Source: a plasmid. From it: a stretch of 64,000 nt of DNA. Positions 37,801 to 45,955 of this stretch are shown here, in pieces. The stretch lies in sequence record NZ_CP035507.1. The stretch is one strand, 5' to 3'. Each line of letters opens with the position of its first letter. Within the stretch, counting starts at the first letter, position 1. The translations under genes and the position numbers were made by a program. A model generated the notes under the pieces. The model was not told the origin of the DNA, ran no database searches, and saw nothing but the letters and a program-made list of their open reading frames with translations.

Positions 37801-39222
37801 TCTGATGCTGGCGGCACGGGTCGCAGCTATCACGCCGATCTCGGCGCCAAGAACCAGCGCCTGCGGGTCCATTACCTTCTGGAGCCCGGTTGGAAGGCCG
37901 ACGCGGCCATCCAAGGCCTCGGGCGGACCAATCGCACCAATCAGGCGCAACCACCCTTGTTCCGTCCGGTAGCCACCGATGTGAAAGCGGAGAAGCGGTT
38001 CCTCTCGACCATCGCGCGCCGCCTCGACACGCTGGGGGCGATCACGCGGGGTCAGCGCCAGACCGGCGGGCAGGGGCTTTTCCGGCCCGAGGATAACCTC
38101 GAGTCGCCTTATGCCCGTGATGCTTTGCGCCAGCTTTACCGTCGCATCTATCGCGGCGATGTCGCGGGCTGTTCGCTCGGGGCCTTCGAGGATGCCACCG
38201 GCCTCAGCCTGACCGATGACAACGGGCTGAAGGACGAGTTGCCGCCGATCACGACTTTCCTCAATCGCTTGCTGGCGTTGACGATCGACATGCAGGCCGT
38301 GCTCTTCTCGGCCTTCGAGGAATTGCTCGACCAGCGCATCGAGGGGGCCATCGCGGCCGGGGTCTACGACCTCGGGCTCGAGACGCTGCGCGCCGAGAGC
38401 TTCCGCGTCACGGATGCGCGCGTTATCTACACCCATCCCGGCTCCGGCGCGGAAACCCAGCTCCTGACCATCGCGGAGAAGCGGCGGAACACGCCGACGT
38501 CACTCGCAGATGCGCTCGACTGGCTCGACGACCCGAAGGCGCGGCTTCTGGTCAACAGCCGCTCGGGCCGGGCCGCGGTGCAGGTGCCCGCCACCAGCCT
38601 GATGCTGGATGATGGCACCATCGAGCCACGCCTCAGGCTGATCCGGCCGACCGAGGCCAGCACTGTCCCGGCCAAGCTGATGGAGGACACCCATTGGCTC
38701 GAGGCCGACCGCGCGGCCTTCACCGCCGCATGGAATTCCGAACTGGCTGAAGTGCCCGAGTTCTCGGAATCCACGCTGCACATCGTGGCGGGTCTCCTGC
38801 TGCCGATCTGGAAGCAGCTCCCCCAGGACGAAACCCGCGTCTACCGGCTGCAGACAGACGACGGCCAGCGCATCATCGGTCGCCGGGTGTCGCCCGGCTG
38901 GGTCGCGACCACGCTGGCCAATGACGCGCCGCAACTCACGGCGGCGCAAGTCCATGCCATGGTTCTCGAAGGCAAGACCGTCGTGCGCCTAGCCGAGGGG
39001 ATGGAGTTGCACCGGTCCCGCGTTATGGGTGTGAACCGGGTAGAACTGTCGGGCTTCTCCGAGGCCGCCAAAGACCGCCTCAAAGCCGATGGCTTCTTCT
39101 CGGAGATCATCAGCTGGAAGCTGCGCCTGTTCTGCCCGACGGATGCCAGCGGCATCGCCGTTCTCGAGCGGCTTCTTGCACGTTGTCCTGTGGCGGGACT
39201 ACAGGCGCGCGGAGGTTGCTAA
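34861..39222 (+). CDS. fused N6-adenine DNA methyltransferase-like domain plus SNF2/strawberry-notch-like helicase (large conjugative-element protein)
   Basis: Amino-MTase motif IV VILMNPPFS. Helicase motifs (ILFDESHAMANAAG as DExH; VLVFSDAGGTGRSYHAD helicase-C). 1453 aa. Confidence 0.7.
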   Translation: MTYLAPVAPPVPVPARDHAPAILAVAEALQPDLAQGFQIDALRLRLEMERAFGGSDADGAWNWKLAYEAGEVALVLFLRKFGRALLARAGSPAALLPILAKVAGLLPTHTRRSEEMERFQQFSTPLPMGLAAMAAAQITPCDLVLEPSAGTGLLAILAEIAGGSLALNELAETRADLLRHLFPGRHVTIFDAAQIDDHLDAGVRPSVILMNPPFSAMANVDGRTTEATARHLRSALARLAPGGRLVAITGASFAPDAPAWSETFARLTETAHLVFTGAVSGAAFAKHGTSFETRISVFDKCRGGEPGGITADLARPTSPDVAHLLARITAEVPPRLELDAGVGACSQPISSFRGIPGRSSGLTARPLRSTAAAKTDAHVTTLDAEDLAYTLRETADDLGSTRLSDAIYETFRLQAIDIPGAAPHPTKLVQSAAMASVAPPKSTYRPKLPAAVLRDGLLSDAQLETVIYAGEAHGAHLAGSWCVDDTGDIVSAAPVDGADAVCFRRGFFLGDGTGAGKGRQSAGILLDNWAQGRRKALWISKSDKLLEDAQRDWSALGQERLLVTPLSRFAQGRDIPLSEGILFTTYATLRSEERGAKKSRVDQIVDWLGADFDGVILFDESHAMANAAGSKGERGDAEASRQGRAGLRLQHKLPNARVVYVSATGATTVHNLAYAQRLGLWGGEDFPFATRAEFVQAIEAGGVAAMEVLARDLRSLGLYTARSLSYDGVEYEMLEHALTPEQRRIYDAYAGAFAIIHNNLAAAMEAANITGENGTLNRQAKSAARSAFESAKQRFFGHLLTSMKTPTLISSIKADLAAGHAAVVQIVSTGEALMERRLSEIPTEEWNDIRVDITPREYVLDYLAHSFPVQLYEPFTDSEGNLSSRPVVRDGQPVECREAVRRRDALIEKLASLPPVPGALDQIVQRFGTDLVAEVTGRSRRIVRKGEGHAARLVVESRAGSANLSETAAFMDDQKRVLVFSDAGGTGRSYHADLGAKNQRLRVHYLLEPGWKADAAIQGLGRTNRTNQAQPPLFRPVATDVKAEKRFLSTIARRLDTLGAITRGQRQTGGQGLFRPEDNLESPYARDALRQLYRRIYRGDVAGCSLGAFEDATGLSLTDDNGLKDELPPITTFLNRLLALTIDMQAVLFSAFEELLDQRIEGAIAAGVYDLGLETLRAESFRVTDARVIYTHPGSGAETQLLTIAEKRRNTPTSLADALDWLDDPKARLLVNSRSGRAAVQVPATSLMLDDGTIEPRLRLIRPTEASTVPAKLMEDTHWLEADRAAFTAAWNSELAEVPEFSESTLHIVAGLLLPIWKQLPQDETRVYRLQTDDGQRIIGRRVSPGWVATTLANDAPQLTAAQVHAMVLEGKTVVRLAEGMELHRSRVMGVNRVELSGFSEAAKDRLKADGFFSEIISWKLRLFCPTDASGIAVLERLLARCPVAGLQARGGC

Positions 39223-39225
39223 GCC

Positions 39226-40257
39226 ATGTATTCCGAGACTGAAGATGTGATCCGCGCTCTGGCGGAGAACGCAGAGAGCGTGTGTCGCGCCTACCTTCCC
39301 GCCGGACGGCGGGAAGGATCCTACTGGATCGTGGGCGACCTGCAGAACAATCCCGGCCGGTCGCTCTTTGTGCGGCTGACCGGGCCAGCATCCGGGCCGG
39401 GTGCTGCTGGCAAGTTCACCGACGGCGCCACGGGCGAGCATGGCGATCTTCTCGACATCATCCGCGAAAGGACCGGGATCTCCCGATTTCCCGATCTTCT
39501 GGCCGAGGCCCGATCGCATCTGGGCCGTCCGCAGCCGGTCCTCCCGGATGCATCAGTGCCGAAGAAGGCCAAAGCCCCTGGTGGCACACCAGCGGCGGCG
39601 GCGCGTCTGTTCGCAGCCTCGGTGCCGATCGCAGGCACGCTTGCCGACATCTACCTCCGATCCCGTGGCCTCACCCAAGGTGGCATGATGAGCGCCCTTC
39701 GCTTCCACCCGAAGTGCTGGCATCGGGATGAGGGCCAGACCCGCGGCATCCCCAGGCCGGCGCTGATCGCCGCGGTCACCGATGGGGCAGGGGCCCTGCA
39801 GGGCGTACATCGTACTTGGCTGGCGCCTGACGGACAGGGAAAGGCGCGGGTCGAGACGCAGCGGCGTGCCATGGGTCACCTCTTGGGCAATGCCGTCAGG
39901 CTGACCCCGCATGACGACTTCCTCGTGGTCGGCGAAGGCATCGAGACCATGCTGTCCCTCGTTGAGGCCGTGCCCGGTCTTCCCGTTTGGGCGGCGCTGT
40001 CATCGGGTCACCTTGGGGCGGTCCTGCTGCCGGAGGGGCTGCAGCGCCTCTACATCGCCATCGACCGCGATCAGGCCGGGCAACGCGCGGCAGAGAGGTT
40101 GAGCGCCAGAGCTCTTGAAGCCGGGATTGCCGTGCGGGTGCTGGAACCGCGGCTCGGGGATTTCAACGATGATCTCCGAGCGAACGGCAAGGAGGCGCTG
40201 CGCCAGCATCTGGCAGGGCAGATCGGGCCCGAGGATTGGCATCGCCTGACAGGCTGA
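39226..40257 (+). CDS. Toprim-domain protein (primase-like)
   Basis: Toprim E...G..D region (VVGEGIETMLSL ... AIDRDQAG). Coupled to the upstream giant gene (4-nt gap). Confidence 0.55.
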   Translation: MYSETEDVIRALAENAESVCRAYLPAGRREGSYWIVGDLQNNPGRSLFVRLTGPASGPGAAGKFTDGATGEHGDLLDIIRERTGISRFPDLLAEARSHLGRPQPVLPDASVPKKAKAPGGTPAAAARLFAASVPIAGTLADIYLRSRGLTQGGMMSALRFHPKCWHRDEGQTRGIPRPALIAAVTDGAGALQGVHRTWLAPDGQGKARVETQRRAMGHLLGNAVRLTPHDDFLVVGEGIETMLSLVEAVPGLPVWAALSSGHLGAVLLPEGLQRLYIAIDRDQAGQRAAERLSARALEAGIAVRVLEPRLGDFNDDLRANGKEALRQHLAGQIGPEDWHRLTG

Positions 40258-40426
40258 GCAGCGTCGCGCAGGGGGCGGTCGGGGATAGCGGGGCAGGGGT
40301 CACGGCTCCCTGTCGTGGCTCTGGACCGTCGCCTTGCCTATTCCTGGGTAATCTCATCCACCCGTCACCCGAGCGGCCTTCAAGAGATGGGCAGGCGGCC
40401 GTCAAAGGGGCCGCCCCTTCAAGGAC

Positions 40427-40498
40427 GGGGGGCAACTGATTTCCGCCGGCGGGGACGAGCCCCGCCTTTGCATCGCGAAGAAAATCAGCTGCCCCCCG
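40427..40498. repeat. 18-bp near-perfect inverted repeat (ggggggcaactgatttcc ... gaagaaaatcagctgcccccc) with a 32-nt spacer
   Basis: Seen directly in the sequence. It lies in the intergenic region after the toprim gene. An aaggggccgcccctt palindrome sits just upstream. Confidence 0.5.
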
Positions 40499-40623
40499 TC
40501 CTCCTCCACATGCGTTCCGGCCCCGAAAGGGGGTGAAGGGGCGTCCCCTCCCACGGCTTTCGCAGCCCATGAAGGCCGCGCGGGATGACGCGCGGACGAG
40601 ACAGGCCAGGAGGCAAGAAACCA

Positions 40624-41556
40624 ATGACGATCCACACCCACGACGACGCCTATGAACCCGCCCACACCGCATCCCAGACCGCCCATGCGCTCGACGAGCT
40701 GCAGCTCTATGGCTACCGCCCCTTTGACGAGCCCGATCCACGCCCGATGCCCGATGGGCAGCGCCTCGCGGTCGCCGTCGCCGACATCTTCGATGCCCTC
40801 GTCGCTACCCTGGAAGACACCCGCATGGAACCCGATCTCGAAGAGGTGCTCTGGGGCCAGGTCAACCTCTTCCACCGCGCCACGGCCCGGATAGAGCGGT
40901 CGCTCGACGAGAACGAGCAGGCACAGCGCCGCCTCCAGCGTGAGCAGGACGGCTCCGAGGTGAAATCCACCGAGCTCGAGCGCCTGACGGCCGAAGGCCT
41001 GACGCTGATCGAACGTCGGAACTGCATGGACATGATGCGCGATCACGCCGCGACCGAGTTCGTCCATCACACGGGCTCCACCTGGCGTCCCCGCACCGGC
41101 TCGATGGCGAACCGCCAGCACATGACCGCAGCGCTGATCGACAGCCGCGATTTCCTGGCTGCCAAGCGCCGTGCAGAAACCGAGGTGATGCTCCCCGCAG
41201 GTCCCAAGGTCGCCCTCACCGGTGGGACCGACTTCAACGATCACCGTCTGATCTGGGGCAAGCTCGACCAGGTCCGGACCAAGTATTCCGATATGGTCCT
41301 TCTGCACGGGGGAAGCCCCAAGGGCGCAGAGCTCATCGCCGCCAAATGGGCCGAATCCCGCGGCGTGACGCAGGTGGCCTTCAAGCCCGACTGGACCAAG
41401 CACGCCAAGGCCGCGCCCTTCAAGCGCAACGACGCCATGCTGGACGTGCTCCCCGTGGGTGTCCTCGTCTTCCCAGGCAATGGCATCCAGGAGAACCTCG
41501 CCGACAAGGCTAAGAAGCTCGGTATCCCGGTCATGAAGTTCGAGAAGGGGGCGTGA
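40624..41556 (+). CDS. DUF2493/SLOG-like Rossmann-fold protein
   Basis: C-terminal GG...LLHGGSPKGAELIAAKWA block. Start MTIHTHDD. Confidence 0.45.
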   Translation: MTIHTHDDAYEPAHTASQTAHALDELQLYGYRPFDEPDPRPMPDGQRLAVAVADIFDALVATLEDTRMEPDLEEVLWGQVNLFHRATARIERSLDENEQAQRRLQREQDGSEVKSTELERLTAEGLTLIERRNCMDMMRDHAATEFVHHTGSTWRPRTGSMANRQHMTAALIDSRDFLAAKRRAETEVMLPAGPKVALTGGTDFNDHRLIWGKLDQVRTKYSDMVLLHGGSPKGAELIAAKWAESRGVTQVAFKPDWTKHAKAAPFKRNDAMLDVLPVGVLVFPGNGIQENLADKAKKLGIPVMKFEKGA

Positions 41557-41613
41557 GCCCCCTTTCCCCTCGCGGGGAAATCAAGGTGGAAGCGCAGGCC
41601 TCCACCTGATATT

Positions 41614-41901
41614 GTGGTGAAAACCTCAGTCGATCACTACATGTACCACAGTCCGATCCAGCTCGATGTCTTCCCGACCGAATTGCAGATGCGCCGGATC
41701 GATCCCGCGCGCAACATGCGTCGCTTCTATCGGCTGAGTGTGCAACGCGACCTTTTCGGTCGCGCCAGCCTTGTGCGCGAATGGGGCCGGATCGGTTTTC
41801 GGGGGCAGATGATGGTCGAGACCCACCCCGATGAAGGCAAGGCCATCACCGCGTTGATGAAGCTCGCAGCGGTGAAGAAGCGGCGCGGGTACGTCGACTG
41901 A
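41614..41901 (+). CDS. WGR-domain protein
   Basis: RRFYRLSVQRDLFGRASLVREWGRIG... is the WGR signature. Confidence 0.65.
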   Translation: MVKTSVDHYMYHSPIQLDVFPTELQMRRIDPARNMRRFYRLSVQRDLFGRASLVREWGRIGFRGQMMVETHPDEGKAITALMKLAAVKKRRGYVD

Positions 41902-42017
41902 CGCTGAAACCAGACGAGCGCGCCATGAAGCACTGACGGTTCATTATCGTCATGTGCTCGCCCGATTTGCGTTGAAAAACCGAAGCCTAAGCCATAGGGT
42001 CAGCGGAGGCCCAGTTA

Positions 42018-42926
42018 TTGGGCGCGCATAGTTTTAATGCGCACGGTTATGCTTGGGGGGAAGTCGTGTCGAACGACAAGTCGGATCTACGCTGGGGAGT
42101 CGAGCAACGTCTCGAGTTCATCGAGTTCCGCCTGTTCTGGGAGGGGCACGTGAACCGCATTGATCTGATGGATCAATTCGGGGTTTCGGTGAACCAGGCA
42201 TCAATGGACCTTAATCGCTATATCGGTTTTGCCCCCGAGAACATGGTCTATGACAAGAGTGCCCGGACCTACGTGCGCGGGCCAGGGTTCAAGCCACAGT
42301 TTCTAGAGCCTGACGCAAGCCGGTATCTGGCCCAGCTGCGGTCTGTAGCTGACGGTATCCTCGATAGAGAAGACTCTTGGATAGCCGACTTGCCGCCCTA
42401 CGCAGCCTCGCCTACGCCCGTGCGTGGCGTTGACCCTATCACCCTCCGGTCAGTCGTTGGGGCAATCCGGCGTTCGGAGGCGATCGAGGTCAAATATCAG
42501 TCCTTGTCGAACCCTGAGCCACGTTGGCGCTGGATTGCGCCCCATGCCATCGCTTTTGATGGCTTCAGGTGGCATGCGCGCGCCTATTGTCTCTCCGACG
42601 AAGTCTTCAAGGATTTCCTACTCTCTCGGATGATCGAAATTCGTGGGTGCACTGAGAGCGCCGCGGTGCCTTCGGCGGACGCGGATTGGAATGATAACGT
42701 GGTCCTCGAGATAGGCCCGCATCCTGATCTTTCCCCGACACAGGCAAAGGTCATTGCGCTCGACTACGGCATGGATGGGGGAAAGGCGGCGATCAAGGTT
42801 AGGCGCGCCCTTCTCTATTACGCATTGCGACGGCTTGGACTGGATACCGATCCAAGCGCGCGACCGCCCCAAGATCAGCAAATCGTGCTGCTTAACCGAG
42901 AGACACTGGAGGCGACAGCGCCATGA
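42018..42926 (+). CDS. WYL-domain transcriptional regulator (BrxR/CapW-like wHTH-WYL)
   Basis: TTG start with GGAGG 9 nt upstream. N-terminal wHTH (RLEFIEFRLFWEGHVNRIDLMDQFGVSVNQASMDL). WYL-like block (RWRWIAPHAIAFDGFRWHARAYC). Confidence 0.7.
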   Translation: MGAHSFNAHGYAWGEVVSNDKSDLRWGVEQRLEFIEFRLFWEGHVNRIDLMDQFGVSVNQASMDLNRYIGFAPENMVYDKSARTYVRGPGFKPQFLEPDASRYLAQLRSVADGILDREDSWIADLPPYAASPTPVRGVDPITLRSVVGAIRRSEAIEVKYQSLSNPEPRWRWIAPHAIAFDGFRWHARAYCLSDEVFKDFLLSRMIEIRGCTESAAVPSADADWNDNVVLEIGPHPDLSPTQAKVIALDYGMDGGKAAIKVRRALLYYALRRLGLDTDPSARPPQDQQIVLLNRETLEATAP

Positions 42927-42999
42927 GAAAAATGGTTCTCTCGTCTGCTGTCGAACACTTACGGCTCGCCAGGTTTGGATTGAAAAGAGTGCGTCTCAA

Positions 43000-45951
43000 A
43001 TGAGTTCAGCAATCCCCACCCCCGGGTCCGTCATCAGCCTCCGCTCCGCCACCTGGAAGGTGCTGGGCACCTCGACGCTGAAGCGCGGATTCCGGGAGGT
43101 CCACTGTCGGGGCCTGAACGGTCTGGTTCGTGACAAGGAGGCCCGGTTCGTCTGGGATCTCGAGAAGGGTGCGCGCGTCCTTGACCCCGCGGCGGTCGGG
43201 CTCGTCCCGGACACGTCCCCCGGTCTGATCGACACGAAGCTGCACCTAGCAGCCGCGTTCCGGGCGACACCGACGACGACGCGTCGCCCCCTGACGCTCG
43301 GCCGGGCCGCGATTGACGATCTGACGTTCCAGCACCTACCGGTCGAGCGGGCGCTGGCCCAGGACCGTGTGCGCCTCCTAATCGCGGATGATGTCGGCCT
43401 CGGGAAGACCCTTGAAGCGGGCCTGATCACCTCGGAGCTTGCCCTGCGCGGCCGGGCGGACCGGATCCTCGTAGTCACGACCCGTGCCATGCTTACTCAG
43501 TTCCAGAAAGAATTCTGGACGCGGTTTTCGATCCCGCTTTCCCGGCTCGACAGCGCCGCTATCCGACGGATGCGGAACAAGATCCCGGCCCATTACAACG
43601 TGTTCGACCAGTTCGACCGGTCCATCGTCTCGATCGACACCCTGAAAAGGGACAACCAGATCAGGGACGCGCTGAAACATTCCTATTGGGATCTGATCAT
43701 CATCGACGAGGCGCACAACGCCGCCGAACGGAAGTCGGCCGCCGGGTCGAACTCGCAGCGGGCGGAACTGGCGCAGCTACTGTCTCGCCGGACCGACTCC
43801 CTGCTCCTACTGACCGCGACCCCGCATGATGGGTCGCAGGAAAGCTTCGCAAGTCTTATCAAGATGCTGGACCCGACCAGGGTTCCAGACCCGACGCGGC
43901 TGCACCGGTCTGACATCGAGGATCTTGTTGTACGCCGGTTCCGCTCGTCGCCGGAGGTGGTCGCCGATATCGGCCGAGAGGTTCCAAAACGGCAGCTGTT
44001 CCCGCGCCGCTTCCCGCTCAGCCCGCAGGAGGAGGTGGCCTATCAGGCGATCGCGGACCTCCACCTCGATCTTGATGAGGAACAGACCCGAGGGCGCGCA
44101 ATCGATCTGTTCCGGACTACGATCGCCAAAGCGATCTTTTCCAGCCCGGCCGCTTGCTACGAGACGCTCTCACGCCGGATACGTGGAATTGAAAACAAAA
44201 CTGCCCGTGGCAGCGAGGCGGACCTGCATCGACTGCGGGCGTTGGCAGAGCAAGTAGATGCGATCGATACGGGTGCTTTCAGCAAGTATCAGGAACTTCT
44301 TCGCCTGCTGCGCCAGTTGAACTGGACCGGGCGGGCAGCGCGGGATCGGCTGGTCATCTTTTCGGAACGGATCGCAACTGTGTCCTGGCTCGCGGACCGG
44401 TTGCGCGAGGACCTTGGGCTCTCGGCCGACCAGGTAGCGCGGGTGGATGGGGGGAGCGTCGAGGCTGACGTGCGGACCCAGGAGGTGATTGAGGCGTTCG
44501 GTCAGGAGCGGTCACCGATCCGGATCCTGATCGCCTCCGACATGGCGTCCGAGGGGCTCAACCTCCACTTCCAGTGCCACCGGCTCATCCATTTCGACCT
44601 CCCCTGGTCCCTTCTGCGGTTCCAGCAGCGCAACGGGCGGATCGACCGGTACGGGCAGGACCGGCCCCCGCAGATCAGCTACTTCGTTGGCGAGAGCACG
44701 CATCCGAAGGTGCGTCAGATGTGGGTGCTCGAGAAGCTTGTCGCGAAGGACGAAGCGGCTCAGGCGGGCGTCGGTGATCCGGCTGTGTTCCTCGGCGCGG
44801 GGGACGCGGACGGGGAGGAGGCGGTCGTCGCGGAGGCGGTCGCCGCCGGCATAGGCGCGGAGGAGTTCGAGCGCCAGATGGACGACCGGGCCGCGGAGGC
44901 CGTGACCCATTTGTCGATCGACGATGAGTTTGCGGCCCTATTCGGGGATTACGCAGCCCCGGCAACGGCCGACGCGGCTCCCCCGACGGATCAGGCCCCG
45001 CCTCGCCTGTACCCGGACACCTTCACTTACGCTCAGGCGATGATCGAGCGGCTGTCCAGACCGGAGGAGAAAGCCTTCCCGGAGCTGCCGAAGATCCAAG
45101 CTGCCGACCGTCTCATCCAGCTCGCCATCCCTGATGATATGCGCGCGCGCGATGGGTTTGGCTACGCGAGCGAAGGGGCGGTGGATGGGCGATTCATGCC
45201 GGAGGAGGCGGTCGGCCCCGGAGGCCGGATCGAGCTGACCGACCAACCCGAAGTGATCAACCAAGCTATCAACAATGCGAAAGCGCAGGAGCGTGCCTGG
45301 CCTACCGTCCAATATCTCTGGGACGGGCACCCGATCCTGCAATGGTTCGCAGACCGGGCCAGCACCTTCTTCCCGGAGCATGCCGCCCCGGTGGCGTCCC
45401 TCCACGGACGCATGCCTCCGGGGGAGGTGGCCGTGGTCCTGCATGGGGCGATCCCGAACGCGAACGGGGCCCCGGTCGTGGACCGGTGGGCCGTGGTGAT
45501 CCGGTCGGCTGATGGGACCGTGCGGATCGAGGAGGTGGGCACATTTCTGGAACGGACCCGGCTCGCCGGGGACACCCCGAGCCGCCCATTGGAGGACCTC
45601 TCGGCGGCGCAGGCAGCGATCCCGGTCGCGGTGGACCGGTTTCAGACGCATCTTGTCGAGCTGCGGAAGGCACGAGAGGCGGATATCCAGCGGGACCTCG
45701 ACGCGGTTCTTGACCGGCTGACCACCCTGGAGACGCGTTTCCGAGCCCAGCTTACGCTTGATCTTGGCGACGTGCCCGGCGCTGATGAAGGGCTCAGCCC
45801 GGTTGAGAAGAGACGCCTGACAATCCGCCGCAGGCGGGAACAGGAGATCGAAAAGCTGTTCCACGACTGGACAGACTGGTTCGAGCGGACCCGGAAGATG
45901 ATTCCGGACCCGAACCCGCATGTCGACGTCAAAGCTGTGTTTGTGGGGTGA
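43000..45951 (+). CDS. SNF2-family helicase (DISARM DrmD-like)
   Basis: Motifs: I DDVGLGKTLEAG; II IIIDEAHNAA; III LLLTATPHDG; VI QRNGRIDRYGQ. Confidence 0.75.
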   Translation: MSSAIPTPGSVISLRSATWKVLGTSTLKRGFREVHCRGLNGLVRDKEARFVWDLEKGARVLDPAAVGLVPDTSPGLIDTKLHLAAAFRATPTTTRRPLTLGRAAIDDLTFQHLPVERALAQDRVRLLIADDVGLGKTLEAGLITSELALRGRADRILVVTTRAMLTQFQKEFWTRFSIPLSRLDSAAIRRMRNKIPAHYNVFDQFDRSIVSIDTLKRDNQIRDALKHSYWDLIIIDEAHNAAERKSAAGSNSQRAELAQLLSRRTDSLLLLTATPHDGSQESFASLIKMLDPTRVPDPTRLHRSDIEDLVVRRFRSSPEVVADIGREVPKRQLFPRRFPLSPQEEVAYQAIADLHLDLDEEQTRGRAIDLFRTTIAKAIFSSPAACYETLSRRIRGIENKTARGSEADLHRLRALAEQVDAIDTGAFSKYQELLRLLRQLNWTGRAARDRLVIFSERIATVSWLADRLREDLGLSADQVARVDGGSVEADVRTQEVIEAFGQERSPIRILIASDMASEGLNLHFQCHRLIHFDLPWSLLRFQQRNGRIDRYGQDRPPQISYFVGESTHPKVRQMWVLEKLVAKDEAAQAGVGDPAVFLGAGDADGEEAVVAEAVAAGIGAEEFERQMDDRAAEAVTHLSIDDEFAALFGDYAAPATADAAPPTDQAPPRLYPDTFTYAQAMIERLSRPEEKAFPELPKIQAADRLIQLAIPDDMRARDGFGYASEGAVDGRFMPEEAVGPGGRIELTDQPEVINQAINNAKAQERAWPTVQYLWDGHPILQWFADRASTFFPEHAAPVASLHGRMPPGEVAVVLHGAIPNANGAPVVDRWAVVIRSADGTVRIEEVGTFLERTRLAGDTPSRPLEDLSAAQAAIPVAVDRFQTHLVELRKAREADIQRDLDAVLDRLTTLETRFRAQLTLDLGDVPGADEGLSPVEKRRLTIRRRREQEIEKLFHDWTDWFERTRKMIPDPNPHVDVKAVFVG

Positions 45952-45955
45952 TCGA

